Part shown: one piece after another, positions 1-10,884 of the stretch
How the letters are laid out: each line of letters opens with the position of its first letter
How positions within the stretch are numbered: the first letter of the stretch is position 1
Assembly: GCA_001275005.1 (NCBI GenBank)
Contig: JWZX01003142.1
Location: 1 to 34,615, forward strand
DNA length: 34,615 nucleotides
Source of the DNA: Chrysochromulina tobinii
Lineage: Eukaryota
Reading direction: 5' to 3'
Made by a program: the position numbers and the translations under genes
The notes under the pieces: model-generated
Database searches by the model: none
What the model was told of the DNA's origin: nothing
The model's input: only the letters and a program-made list of their open reading frames with translations

Positions 1-3000
1 TGGTCGAGGTGGACGCGCTCGGCTCGGCGCTCCGCACGCGCCTGCTCGACCTGCGTGAGCGACTTCTCGCGGCGCGTGCGGCCGCCGCTGACACGGTCGG
101 GGCAGTTGGCAGTGGCGCGGCGGCGGCGCTCAGCGGCGCCGCCAGCACGGGTGTCGCGGCCAGGGCCGCTGGCAGCAGCAGCGGCGGCGACACCTCGGCT
201 GCACGTGCGGCCGCTCGGCTCGCTGCCACGTGGCAGCTGCTGCAGGAGGGTGACCCGAGCGCCGAGAGCGCCGCGCACCGGCTGCTGCTCCTGTGCCGCA
301 GCGAGAGCGATCCCGAGGGTCTTGGGCTTGTGGCCGAGTGCCTCGCGCTCCTTTTCTCCGCCGCTCTCTCTGCCACCGCGGTCACCCCACAAGGGGGTGC
401 CGCCGCGGCCAACTCGGGCGGCGCGGCGACGGCCGCAGCTTGGCGGCGCGAGCACGAGGTGAGCGTAGTGGCGTGGAAGGAGGATCGCGATCTCGGCGAG
501 GCGCTCATCAGCGAGGGCTTCCGACGGGCGCTGCTGCTGCTGCATCGCTCGCTCACGGATGCAGACGAGACGACGATGTTGCTCGCGGCGCGCGGACTCC
601 ACGAGAGCCTCACGACCGCGCCGCGCACCTACGCACCCATGAAGAATGCGCTCGAGGAGCTGCGCAAGGCGTCGCCCCTCATACACAAGGAGATCGAGGC
701 GTACCGGCATGTGCTGCACTCGCGGATGCACGCACTCGCGGAAAACACGGCCGCGGGCGCAGCCGCGTTCCAGGCCATCCGCGGCGCGACGCAGCATGCC
801 GACAAATCGAGGGTAGGCTCGGAGCGTTTGACCCGAAGCCAGCTGGCGAACCGCACTTCGTCGCCTTGGCTGTGGAGCACCGTCGGCAAGTCGCACAACC
901 AGTGGGTGTGCGCGCTCGCGTGTGAGATGCTCAACGCCTGCAAGGACTACGCGCCCGCCAATGCGCCCAAAGACAACGGGCCGCTGCGCGCGCTGCGGGT
1001 CCTCTCTGGACGCCAACCGAGCCTGGCGCGCGAGCTGCTGTGCCCGGCACTGCTCGAGTGCCTTCAGGGCGATGGACTCAATGACTCACTGCCGCGCCCA
1101 CTCGCCGGGGCGATCACGTCCGTCTTCGACGAAGCGCTCAGCACGGCGCGATCGCCCACGGCGCACCAGCTCGCGGCAGTGGGCGTGCTCGTGGGCGTGC
1201 TGATCACGCTGCGCGCGTTCACGATGCATGCGCGGCATGCGCACCGAAAGAGCAGCACCACCGGGGCCGAGCACGCGTGGACGCACAGCTTCTGGGGCGA
1301 GATCGATTTCGTCAAGGCGGCGGCGGCCGCCCATGCGGCGGGCTCGCCCATCTCGGCGCTCATGCTCCTCGAGTTCGCGGCCGAGGCGGAGGGCGAGCTC
1401 GTGCCTGCCACCATCCTCGGGAATCCGCCTTTCTGTCGCCAGTACGCGGTCGTCTGCGCCGACCTGCCGGCGCCCGACTGCGCGCGCAACGTGCCCTCGG
1501 GGGGATCGCTCTCTGCCGGTGGCGCGCTCAGCGGCGGGGGCGACGGCGCAGGCACGCTGCGCGTCCTCGCGCTGCGTGGCGATCACGTGAGCGCGCTCGG
1601 GCTACTCGATGCCGCGCAGCAGCAGGCACATCTCGACGCGCTCGCCGCTGCACATGCAGCCGCCCATGCCCACACGAATGCGCCGTCTTCGCAGTCGCAG
1701 TGGCCAGCCACAGAGAGCGCTCGCCACAGCGCTCGCCGGGCAGCCCGCTGTGCCTCGAGCATGCCTTCGCTCGTCCTTCGCAGCGCGCGAGCGCTCCACA
1801 CGCTCGGCTGCCACGCGCTCTGTGCCGCAACGCTGCGTGCGGCGGCCGTGGACGGGCTGTTCGGCGGCGACGGCAAGGGCGCCGCCTCGGGCACCCGCGA
1901 CGCGAGCAGCCTGCATGTGGATTCAAGCGCCAGCTTCCGCGCCGTTGCTGGTTCTGGCGGCGGCGGCGGCGGTGGACCAGCTGGCTGGGTGTTCCAAGAC
2001 GGCGCCGTCGAGGGCGAGCTCCGCGAGCTCCGCGCCGAGTGCGCCTGGCGGCTCAGCGCGTGGGACGGCGCGTGGGACGCCCACCACGACGCGTCGGCCG
2101 CGGGCGGCGCCGACGGCGAAGCCGAGTGGAGCTTGGCGGCACTTGCGCCACGGAGCGCTGGCGAGGGCGTAGTGGGCGATGGTGGCGTGATGGGCGTCGT
2201 GGTGGGCGTCGGCTTCCACGAGCGGTTGCGCTCGGCGCTGCACTCGATGGACCTCGGGCAGGTAGCTGCCGCGCACGTGCAGCTGCAGGCGTGCCTGCTC
2301 GAGACGGCGCGTCGGCTCGGGGCGACGGGCGAGGAGGGAGGCAAGCAGTCGCTCACCCACATCCTCGCCATTCGCATGGCGGCCGATGCCAAGGAGGTGG
2401 CCGCTGCGCTTGAGGCCGGCGGCAGCGCGGCGGCCGCCTCTGCGGCGGTGCGCGTCGCACTAGCGCATGCCGAGCCCGCCGCGAGGGCGCGCTATGAGCG
2501 CCAGCTGCTCGCTGCAGCGGGCGGCGACTTTGAGGTCATCGAGCCGCTGCTTGCGCTCCATTCGGTCTTGCTGCGACGGTATGCGGCGGTCGAGCCGCTC
2601 GCGCTTCATCTGGTGCACTCGGCGTCGGCGGCTCGCCAGTGCGGCGCGCCATCGATCGCCGGAGCACTGCTCGCCGAGGCAGCGGCCTTGCCCAATTTGT
2701 GCCCCTCGCTTGCCACGTGTACGCAGTGGCAGTACGCCCAGCTGCTCTGGCAGCAGGGGCAGCAGGGGCAGCAGGGCGCGCAGCCCGAGGCGCGCTCGAT
2801 GGCCCTTGCGGCGGCCACGTCTCTCGCCGATCGGGCGGCCAGCTTGATCGGCGGCGGAGGCGGAACCAACGGCGGCATCGGCAGCGGCGGCGGTGGCGGC
2901 ACGGTGGTGGCGCTCCTCCACGAACGCATCGCCCTCGCGCAGGCGTGTCGTTGCGCGGCCGAGTGGGGCGTGGTGGAAGGTCTGCACGATCCCGCGACCG

Positions 3001-5478
3001 CGACTCGGCTGTACGAGCACGCCCTCGCCGCCTGCGGAGGCGAGGCCACGGCGGGCGGCGGCGGCGCGGCGACTGCGGCGACTGCGGAGGAGCGCTGCCA
3101 CGTGCACGCGGCGTACGCGGCGTGGCTGGACGCGGAGCACCGTGCAGCCGCCCAGCGCCACGCCGAGTCGCCCGACGAGCTGCGCGCCGCCTCGCTCTAC
3201 GAGCTCGCGAAGGACGAGCTGCGCGCCGCCCACGAGCAGGCGGAGGCGGCCGAGCGGCACGGCGCGGCGGCTGCGGCGCCTGCTATGTCGCGCCGAGCCT
3301 CTCGAGGCGGCACCCCCGCGCCCTGCCACTGAGGCCGACGCAGAGGCACTGGCGGCGCTCCGGCGGCGCATCGCTCTGCTACGCACCCACGTAGAGGGGT
3401 ATGAGCAGGCGGCAGCACGGCGGCGCACGGCGCAGCTCAAGCTCGCAGCGGCCGCGCTGCGCCAGCACGCCGCGTGCGCGCGCTGCGGCGACGAGCACGA
3501 CCACGCGTCGCTCTTTGGCGTGGTCGGGCTGTGGCTTGAGTACCAGGGCGCCATGCGCACGGCCCACGTGGAGCTGCGCTCGCTCCCGGCACATAAGTTG
3601 CTCCCTCTGATCCTTCAGCTTGCGTGCCAGCTCGGGCCAGCGAACGGCGAGGGCGACGGCGGCCACGGCAGCGGTGCCAGCAGCGGCAGCTTGAGCGGCA
3701 GCGGCGCGGCCGCTGCCGCAGCCGCAGAGGCGGAGGCGGAGGGACGCCGTGCTTTCCAGGCCGCCCTGCGCGAGCTGCTGTTGCACGTGGCACAGGCGCA
3801 TCTGCACGTGGTGCTGCCGCACCTGCTCGCCCTCGCCCACGCTGACCGCTTCGCGCCGGGCGAGCTTGAGACGCCAGTGGATCGAGGCCGCCTCGACGCC
3901 GCCAAGCAGCTCGTGCAGCAGCTGCGCGAGCTGGAGGAGCAGCCCCAGCCCGCCAGGAGCGGCGGCGGCAGCATCGTGCAGGCAACCCAGCTGCTCTGGG
4001 ACTTTTACCTGCAGCTCGCGTGGGTGAGCACCAAGACGACGCAGACCTTCGTGGACGCGCACAAGAGCAAGGAGGCCACGCACCCCAAGCTCTCGAGCCT
4101 CGTGGACGTGGCGCGCGAACGGAAGAGCACGAGCGCCGCACCGATCGCGTACCAGATGCGCAAGGGCGCCGATCTGTTCAAGATGGTGCAGGAGGGCCAC
4201 GCACGCCTCGCGGCCGTCCCCACGGCCGGCTCGGAGCCTGTTGTGTACTTCGGCCGCTTCGGTCCGCACAACTTGGCGCTGGCTGCCCGCGCCAAGCCGG
4301 CGAGCGGCGCCGCGGCGGGCGAGAAGCGCGATCGTACGTCGCGAGCGGCTCCCGAGCCCGAGTTCACAGTGGCGGGCGGCATCAACCTGCCCAAAATCCT
4401 GTGGTGCTACGCGGAGGATGGCACCTTGCACAAGCAGCTGCTCAAGGGGCGCGACGACCTGCGCGGCGATGCGCTCATGCAGCAGGCGTTCGGGGTGCTC
4501 AACCTACTGCTTGGGCGGGACGCAGCCACGCGGCAGCGTGCGCTACGAATGCGCACCTACCGCGTCGTGCCGCTCTCGCCGACGGCGGGCGTGCTGCAGT
4601 GGGTCGATGATACGATGCCGCTCGCGCACTTCCTCGTCTCTGCACACGAGCGCTACCGGCCCAACGACATGAAGCACAGCGCGGCGCGAGTGTGCATGGC
4701 CGAGGCACACAAGCAGGTGGCCGACGCCGCAGCCAAAGGCGGCCCCTCCGTCGAGTGTCGCTTGAACGCGTACCAGCACGTGGCGGAGCGCCTACGCCCC
4801 GTCTTCCACCACTTCTTCCTCGAACGATACCTCGCGCCTGCGCTCTGGTTCTCGCGTCGGCTCGCGTACGCCTCGTCGGTGGCGGCGGGCTCGATGGTGG
4901 GCTACGTGCTCGGCCTGGGCGATCGGCACTCGTCCAACATCCTCATCGACAAGGGCTCGGCTGAGCTCGTGCACATCGACCTGGGCATCGCGTTCGACGC
5001 GGGCCGCCTGCTCAAGACGCCCGAGTGCGTGCCCTTTAGGCTCACGCGCGACCTCGAAGACGGGCTCGGCGTCTCGGGGGTCGAAGGCATGCTGCGCGGG
5101 GCGGCCGAGCACACGATGCGAGTGCTACGCGCAAACGCGGGCGCTCTCGTAACCATCCTCGAGGTCTTCGTGCGCAACCCTCTCTACAAATGGCAGGCCG
5201 ACCCGACGGCCCTCGCGCGCGACCCGACCGCGGCGGATGCCGCCAAGGCCGCAGAAGCTGCGCACGTCGCGGCGCTCGCCGCCGAGGCCGCCGGGAGCTC
5301 CTGTGGCAATCGCGAGGCCGAACGCGCGCTGCTGCGAATCCAAGACAAGCTGGCAGGGCGCGTGGCTGGCCACTCGGATGCGCTCGCCGTCGAGGGCCAG
5401 GTGCGTGCGCTGCTCGATGAGGCGCGCGACCCGGAGAATCTGTGCCGGATGTACGATGGCTGGGCAGCGTGGCTTTGA
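1..5478 (+). CDS. ATM: ATM/Tel1 serine/threonine kinase (PIKK family); 5' end lies outside the window; one +1 frameshift near 3312-3332 joins ORF 9..3332 to ORF 2893..5478
   Basis: PIKK kinase motifs GGINLPK, KQLLKGRDDLRGDALMQQAF, RTYRVVPLSP, GYVLGLGDRHSSNILID, HIDLGIAFD and PECVPFRLTRD; FATC-type end DPENLCRMYDGWAAWL*; the upstream ORF has FAT-like helical segments (ECAWRLSAWD, FEVIEPLLALH). Confidence 0.92.
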
Positions 5479-5913
5479 GCATTTGGATTGTTTCTGTGTG
5501 ATCGCCCGAGTTGCGCGGGGTAAGTAGTCGAAACACGAGCGGCCTAAACGGCGGCACGCGGCAGCGCACACGTGGCGAGGGGGGTACCCTGAGGCACCAT
5601 ACTTCACATACGAACGTCATACGATACCATACATACAGGCCACAGCGGGGCGGCCCGCGGATCGGATGATGGGCGAGAGGCGCGGCGCGCGGAGACTAAG
5701 CGGCGGAGACGACCGGACGAGCCGAGCTGGAGCTCTGACGTGATAGAGCACATAGGCTTACACGGTCGAATGGTGAGCGCGTGTGGTGTACTCGTGTGCT
5801 TGTTCTACTGTGCCAGACTCATGCGATGTAAGCGATATCACGTTTTAGGCAGCTTGAGCCGCACTTCATCTAGCTTCAGTAGTACTCAAGACTGCCACAT
5901 GTGGTGCGGCTAA

Positions 5914-6195
5914 TCACTTCTCTGCAGATTCCAAAACGCCGGTCTTTTGCAATCCCTCATTCGGATGCACGTATGCTCGCAGCTCGAAGTCGGACATGTC
6001 GGGTACGCTCATTTTGGGGAATGAGCGGTGGATGAAGCCACCCTTGGGCCCGGGAATGCCGTACTTGTTGCCGCCGCGGCCCTTGTAAAAGTTCTTGTTG
6101 CCCCGCTTCGAAGAGAAGTTTCCAGCTGGCGTGTGGCTGCCCACCCTGCGAGTGAGCTGCGTAAGGATGCCGAGCATGGATCCGCGCTCAAACAT
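5914..6195 (-). CDS. MRPL41: Mitochondrial ribosomal protein mL41 (MRPL41 / yeast MRPL27 family); start at ATG 6195 or 6177
   Basis: Signature SSKRGNKNFYKGRG followed by G.F and VPDMSDFELRAYV; short, basic, mitochondrial-type N-terminus. Confidence 0.88.
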   Translation of the reverse strand: MFERGSMLGILTQLTRRVGSHTPAGNFSSKRGNKNFYKGRGGNKYGIPGPKGGFIHRSFPKMSVPDMSDFELRAYVHPNEGLQKTGVLESAEK

Positions 6196-6250
6196 GGCGC
6201 GCTCACAACAACACCGCTCACGACCTGGCCACCACGAAGCAGCCTCAAAA

Positions 6251-6280
6251 AAGTCAAGTCAAGACAAGTCAAGACAAGTC
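6251..6280. repeat. Pentamer tandem repeat (AAGTC/AAGAC)x6 upstream of mL41
   Basis: aagtcaagtcaagacaagtcaagacaagtc read directly. Confidence 0.8.
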
Positions 6281-6497
6281 ATGTCACTCAAAACTTTGTA
6301 CTCCTTTTTGGCGAAGTGACAAAGGCATCCCGCGTCCTCTTGTGAAAAAGGGAGTTGGATGATGGGGGGGCCACTGGCTCTCCGTCCATCGAAAACCCGA
6401 GCTCCGTTGCCCAAAACTCCCGAAACAGGAGCGTTCGGCCCTTAGAGGGGCTCTCCGGCCACTCAGCCGCTAGTAGCGCCCGAGCGGACGTCAGGCT

Positions 6498-6946
6498 ATG
6501 ATGGAACTGTTGAATCCGGGGAACATGCTGCCGTCGTTGCCACCGTCTTTGTCAGTGTCTCTTCCGTTCTCGTCTTCCGCATCCGATTCGGCATTTGTGG
6601 GCTTTGTGCCGCTCTGTCTCACCATCGATAAGAAGGCAAAGGGCCGTCCAGGGCTTGCACTGCAGCAAACGCCGCTCGGGCTTGTCGTAAGCGCGGTGAG
6701 CATAGGATCAGCTGCCGCAAAGGCGGGCTTCATGGTGGGCGATACTCTCCTGTCCGTTGATGGCACACCGGTCGACAAGCAAACCGGGGCAAACAAGCAC
6801 AAGGCGATGGGCCTCCTGTTCGATGCCAAGGGCACTTGCTCGGTGCAAATCTTGGGCTTGCCTCGTCAGAACGTGACGAACCGGTCGGCAGCAGGCAGTA
6901 GCAGTACACCAACTGGGAGCAAATCGCAGCAGTCGCAGCCGCCGCA

Positions 6947-6999
<53 letters not shown>

Positions 7000-7751
7000 T
7001 GCCAGTAGCGTCATCACAGCCGCAGCAGCCGAAGGCGCAGCCGAAGGCATCTGATTCGACGGCTGGGAAGCTCGCTGTTCAATCATCTACTTTGACCTCC
7101 TATCAGCGCGAGCAGGTGGAGGCAATTGCACGAGAGGAGGCCGCCGCCACCCCCACGACGCAGCACGACGACGCAGCACAGGCAGAGATTTCAGAGGAGA
7201 AGGCAGCGCGGCGAGCGGCAATGACAGCAAAGATCGCAGAGAAGTACGCGGCCGCCAAAGCGGCGAGTGAGGCCGCGGTCGCGTTGGCGAATGCTCAGGC
7301 TGCGGCCGCGCCCGTGAACCGAAAGATGTTTGCTAGGGGCGCTGCTGTCCTCTACGACAACCCGAAGAATGGGAAGCTCGAGTTGGCGCACGTGACTGAG
7401 CTCCACAGGGATCCTGAGGGTGAGATCGAGTACTATACCATCGAGACCAACAGCGGCGATGAACGCCAAGTCGATGGCGAGCGTCTGTCGGCCTCGTCTT
7501 GGAGCGAACCGAGGGTCTATGACGATGAGGAGCCGGTGCAGGCGCCCATGATCCACGTGCACCCGTATGCGCCCCCTGGCCCTCGTATTGGGATGGGCCA
7601 CCGAAACTGGCTCGGCAAGCTCAACCACCACGGCCCCAAGCTCGTGTTCGTTCCTCCGCTGGACTTGACCGTGCGTGGCATTGGTGGCAACGGCAAAGCG
7701 ATGGCGACCATGGGGTACGCAAAGTGGAATAAGATGATGGGGAAGAAGTGA
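6498..7751 (+). CDS. PDZ-domain protein with polyproline tract and a small C-terminal SH3/Tudor-like beta domain; function unknown
   Basis: PDZ-like PGLALQQTPLGLVVSAVSIGSAAAKAGFMVGDTLLSVDGTPV; 17 consecutive Pro; FARGAAVLY...AHVTELHRD...YYTIETNSGDERQVDGERL resembles a small beta-barrel. Confidence 0.7.
6948..6998 (+). repeat. Perfect (CCG)17 microsatellite encoding polyproline
   Basis: Uninterrupted ccg run inside the CDS. Confidence 0.95.
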
Positions 7752-8083
7752 AGACTCGCTCATGGCGTCTGGACTGGTTGAGAGGTGCATGCCAGCATGT
7801 GGCCATGATCAGAACCTCAGGAGATCGAAGATGCGATTCGGTTATTCTTCCCTTCAGAAGTTCACAATGGAAATTATTTGGAGGGTTGGCTCGCTCTTGG
7901 CCGTTGAGGTGTAGGTGTGGTGCTTAGCACGTGCTGTACAAGAGATGTCTGTGGTGCGCGGGGGAGGGTAACTACTCATTCTGCAATACAACGAATCTGG
8001 ATGAGTCGGTGTGAATGGGCTGTGAAAGAACGAGCGCACCCCTTAGAGGTTTTCAAGAGTCGGCCCCCCGCCGCTGGCGAGAG

Positions 8084-10450
8084 ATGCCCGACCTCGTGGA
8101 CTCGTCGGTCGAGCAGCGATGCGCGCGCATCCGCGGGCGCATGGTCTGGATCCTTTCGCAGCTCGAGAGCGATGTGGGCGGCAACATTCTCACCGATGCC
8201 GACTCCAAGTCGGGCAGCTCCGGGGAGCAGCTGCGCGCACAGCAGCAGGCACACGAGCGCGAGCTCGAGGAGGAGCTCGAGCGGCAGGCGGCGCGGCTTC
8301 GCGCCGCGCACGACGCAGAGCTTGCCGAGCTGCGCGAGCGCCTTGCAGCACAGCATGCAAGCGAGCTGGGCACCATGCGCAAAGAGCTGGCAACGGCCAA
8401 GGAGGCAGCACGCGCGGCCGGTGCGAGCGGGCAGGGCGCCACGCGCGAGGCTCAGCAGCAGCAGCAGCGCGTGGCGGCCCTCGAGGCGTGCCTCAGGCAG
8501 AGCGGGCCGCTGCTCTCGCAGGCGGCCGTCGCTCTGCCACCCTCCGATCCGCTGGCAGCCCAGCTGACGGCCGCGATGAGGTCCTTCGAGACCCTCCTGC
8601 CGGGCAGCGCTCCCAAGGCCACTGCTGCCGCCGCCGCCTCGCCTGCGCTCGCCGCGCGTCCTTCCGTCACCACCACGCCCGCGACGCAGGCGGCCGCACC
8701 AGCTCCGCCACCCAAGCCGAAATCCTCCTTTGGCAAGCAGAGCCTCGACGATGCGCCCGAGCCGGCAGAGAAGGCAGCGGCCGAGAAGGCGGCGGCCGAG
8801 AAGGCGGCGGCCGAGAAGGCGGCTGCGGCTGTGGCTGAGAAGGCTGCGGCCGAGAAGGCGGCTGCGGCTGAGAAGGCTGCGGCCGAGAAGAAGGCGGCGG
8901 CCGAGAAGAAGGCGGCGGCCGAGAAGGCAGCGGCGGCCGAGAAGGCAGCAGCGGCTGAGAAGGCGGCGGCAGCCGATAAAGCTGCTGCCGAGAAGAAGGC
9001 GGCGGCCGAGAAGGCGGCCGCGGCAGAGAAGGCGGCGGCTGAGAAGGCGGCGACCGAAAAGAAGGCGGCGGCCGAGAAGGCAGCCGCGGCCGAGAAGGCA
9101 GCAGCGGCTGAGAAGGCGGCAGCTGTCAAGCCCGCTGCCAAAGCCGGCTCGGGACCTGGCAAGCAGCCATCGCCGCGGGGCCCGTGCCTGTGCCCGTTCG
9201 AGTTCGGGTACACGCACCCGGGCGGCTCGAAGCCGCTCGACGCCAAGAACCAGGACACTTACTTCTCCTTCCAAGTGGATGCACACAACTGCTGCTGGGG
9301 CGTGCTCGACGGGCATGGCAGCGACAACGGCAGGTTGGCGGCCGACGTGGCGGCGGATGTGATCAAGGAGTACGTCCATGCCAACTTCGATCGTTTGCGA
9401 ACGGAGCCCGAGACCGTGTTCACAACGGCCTTCGAGATGGCGCACGAGAAGTGCCGGCAGGCCCTGCTTGCGGTAGACACAGAAAACTACCGGCTCGTCG
9501 GGAATGTGCCCGTCGATGAGTACGAGCCGGGCATGCTCGAATCCGTCGACGGCGGCACGACGGCGACGATCATCGCGCTTCTCGACGGCGCGACGCTCGT
9601 GATGGCGCAGGTGGGCGACAGCTCGGCGCTGCTGGGCGGCACGATCGGCGGCGACGAGGGCGACGCTGAGGTAGCCTTCGAGGAGCTCATGGAGGAGCAT
9701 TCAGCGACCAATGTGAAGGAGTATGTGCGAGTGAAGGAGAGTGGGCCACGCGGCCAGGCGCTCAACTTCGTGTACGACGTGCACGACCTCATCGAGAAAG
9801 GCAAGCTGGACCAGTGTGCGATCTTCAAAAAGTCCAACGGCCAATTCGAGATGGACGTGCGTTCCAAACGACTGGCTGAAGTGCACGGCACGCCTGCCAA
9901 GAACGCGCGCGGCGACCTGCCCGCCATCTTGCTGACGCCCGAGAACGACGAGACGCCGTTTGAGTCGATGGAGCCGCAGTCGCTCGCGATGACGCGCTCG
10001 CTCGGCGACTTTTACATGCACACCTTTGGGGTCACTTGGAAGCCCGAGGTGATCTCGGTCGATCTGGCCGAGCAGTGCGGCGAGCTCGACCACCTAACGC
10101 TCATCCTTTGTTCGGATGGCATCTGGGACCTGTGGGAGTATGAGCAGGTCTTCCAGGCCATCGTCTCCGCTCCCAAGAATGGCCAGCAATCTTTCGAGAC
10201 GGCACGCAAGTTTTTCGAGGCCAGCATCGTCAAGGGCACCGAGATGTTCGAGGACACGGCCGACAACATGACTGGCATCGTCGTGTACCTCCACCCCAAG
10301 GGCATCAAAGCCCCCGACCCCTCCACGGTTGGCTCCACGAAGCCGCTGCGGACGGATAGGCAAGGTGTCCCACTCGAGCCACCGGAGCCACCGAAGCCCG
10401 AGCCCAAGAAGCCCCCTGCGAAGGCGGCCCGTGGCGACTTCTCCGTCTGA
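8084..10450 (+). CDS. PP2C/PPM-family protein phosphatase with N-terminal coiled coil and Ala/Glu/Lys repeat linker
   Basis: PPM motifs [38 protein letters not shown] and DNMT; first ATG at 8084 (MPDLVDSS). Confidence 0.9.
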   Translation: MPDLVDSSVEQRCARIRGRMVWILSQLESDVGGNILTDADSKSGSSGEQLRAQQQAHERELEEELERQAARLRAAHDAELAELRERLAAQHASELGTMRKELATAKEAARAAGASGQGATREAQQQQQRVAALEACLRQSGPLLSQAAVALPPSDPLAAQLTAAMRSFETLLPGSAPKATAAAAASPALAARPSVTTTPATQAAAPAPPPKPKSSFGKQSLDDAPEPAEKAAAEKAAAEKAAAEKAAAAVAEKAAAEKAAAAEKAAAEKKAAAEKKAAAEKAAAAEKAAAAEKAAAADKAAAEKKAAAEKAAAAEKAAAEKAATEKKAAAEKAAAAEKAAAAEKAAAVKPAAKAGSGPGKQPSPRGPCLCPFEFGYTHPGGSKPLDAKNQDTYFSFQVDAHNCCWGVLDGHGSDNGRLAADVAADVIKEYVHANFDRLRTEPETVFTTAFEMAHEKCRQALLAVDTENYRLVGNVPVDEYEPGMLESVDGGTTATIIALLDGATLVMAQVGDSSALLGGTIGGDEGDAEVAFEELMEEHSATNVKEYVRVKESGPRGQALNFVYDVHDLIEKGKLDQCAIFKKSNGQFEMDVRSKRLAEVHGTPAKNARGDLPAILLTPENDETPFESMEPQSLAMTRSLGDFYMHTFGVTWKPEVISVDLAEQCGELDHLTLILCSDGIWDLWEYEQVFQAIVSAPKNGQQSFETARKFFEASIVKGTEMFEDTADNMTGIVVYLHPKGIKAPDPSTVGSTKPLRTDRQGVPLEPPEPPKPEPKKPPAKAARGDFSV
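8765..9122 (+). repeat. Coding tandem repeat (GAG AAG GCG GCG GCC-like, 15-18 bp units) encoding about 20 AEK(K)AA(A) units
   Basis: Directly visible in DNA and translation. Confidence 0.95.
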
Positions 10451-10884
10451 GGTACGAATAGGGGCGCTTGCGGCGCGTCGACTCGACCCACCCAGGACCG
10501 CGAGTGCGTGGCTCGCTGTGCTCTCATTAGTGATGTGCCAAGGACACACGACACAGTTGAACCGCGCGTGCAGGACGTGCACCGCACGAGAATGAACGAC
10601 AGAACCGGCGTGCGGGTATGTGGGTATTGCTCGCGCTTTTTGTTGTTGTATGTTGACCCGCGCTTCCTCAGGTCACGATAGCGGTATCAGAAGCTCGCGT
10701 GCGTATTTGTAAACGTAACGTTTCCAGGTAGACAACAGTCAACAAAAGTCCGCTGAGCCCCACGAAACTTGCCGTAACAGGCTAAGAGAATTAGACATCA
10801 GTGCATCACGAAGTGGCGCCTTATTACTTGACAACCCCTTGCGTTGCGCGGGACGACTCCGTCCCGCCGCAGTGCAGCCGAAAG

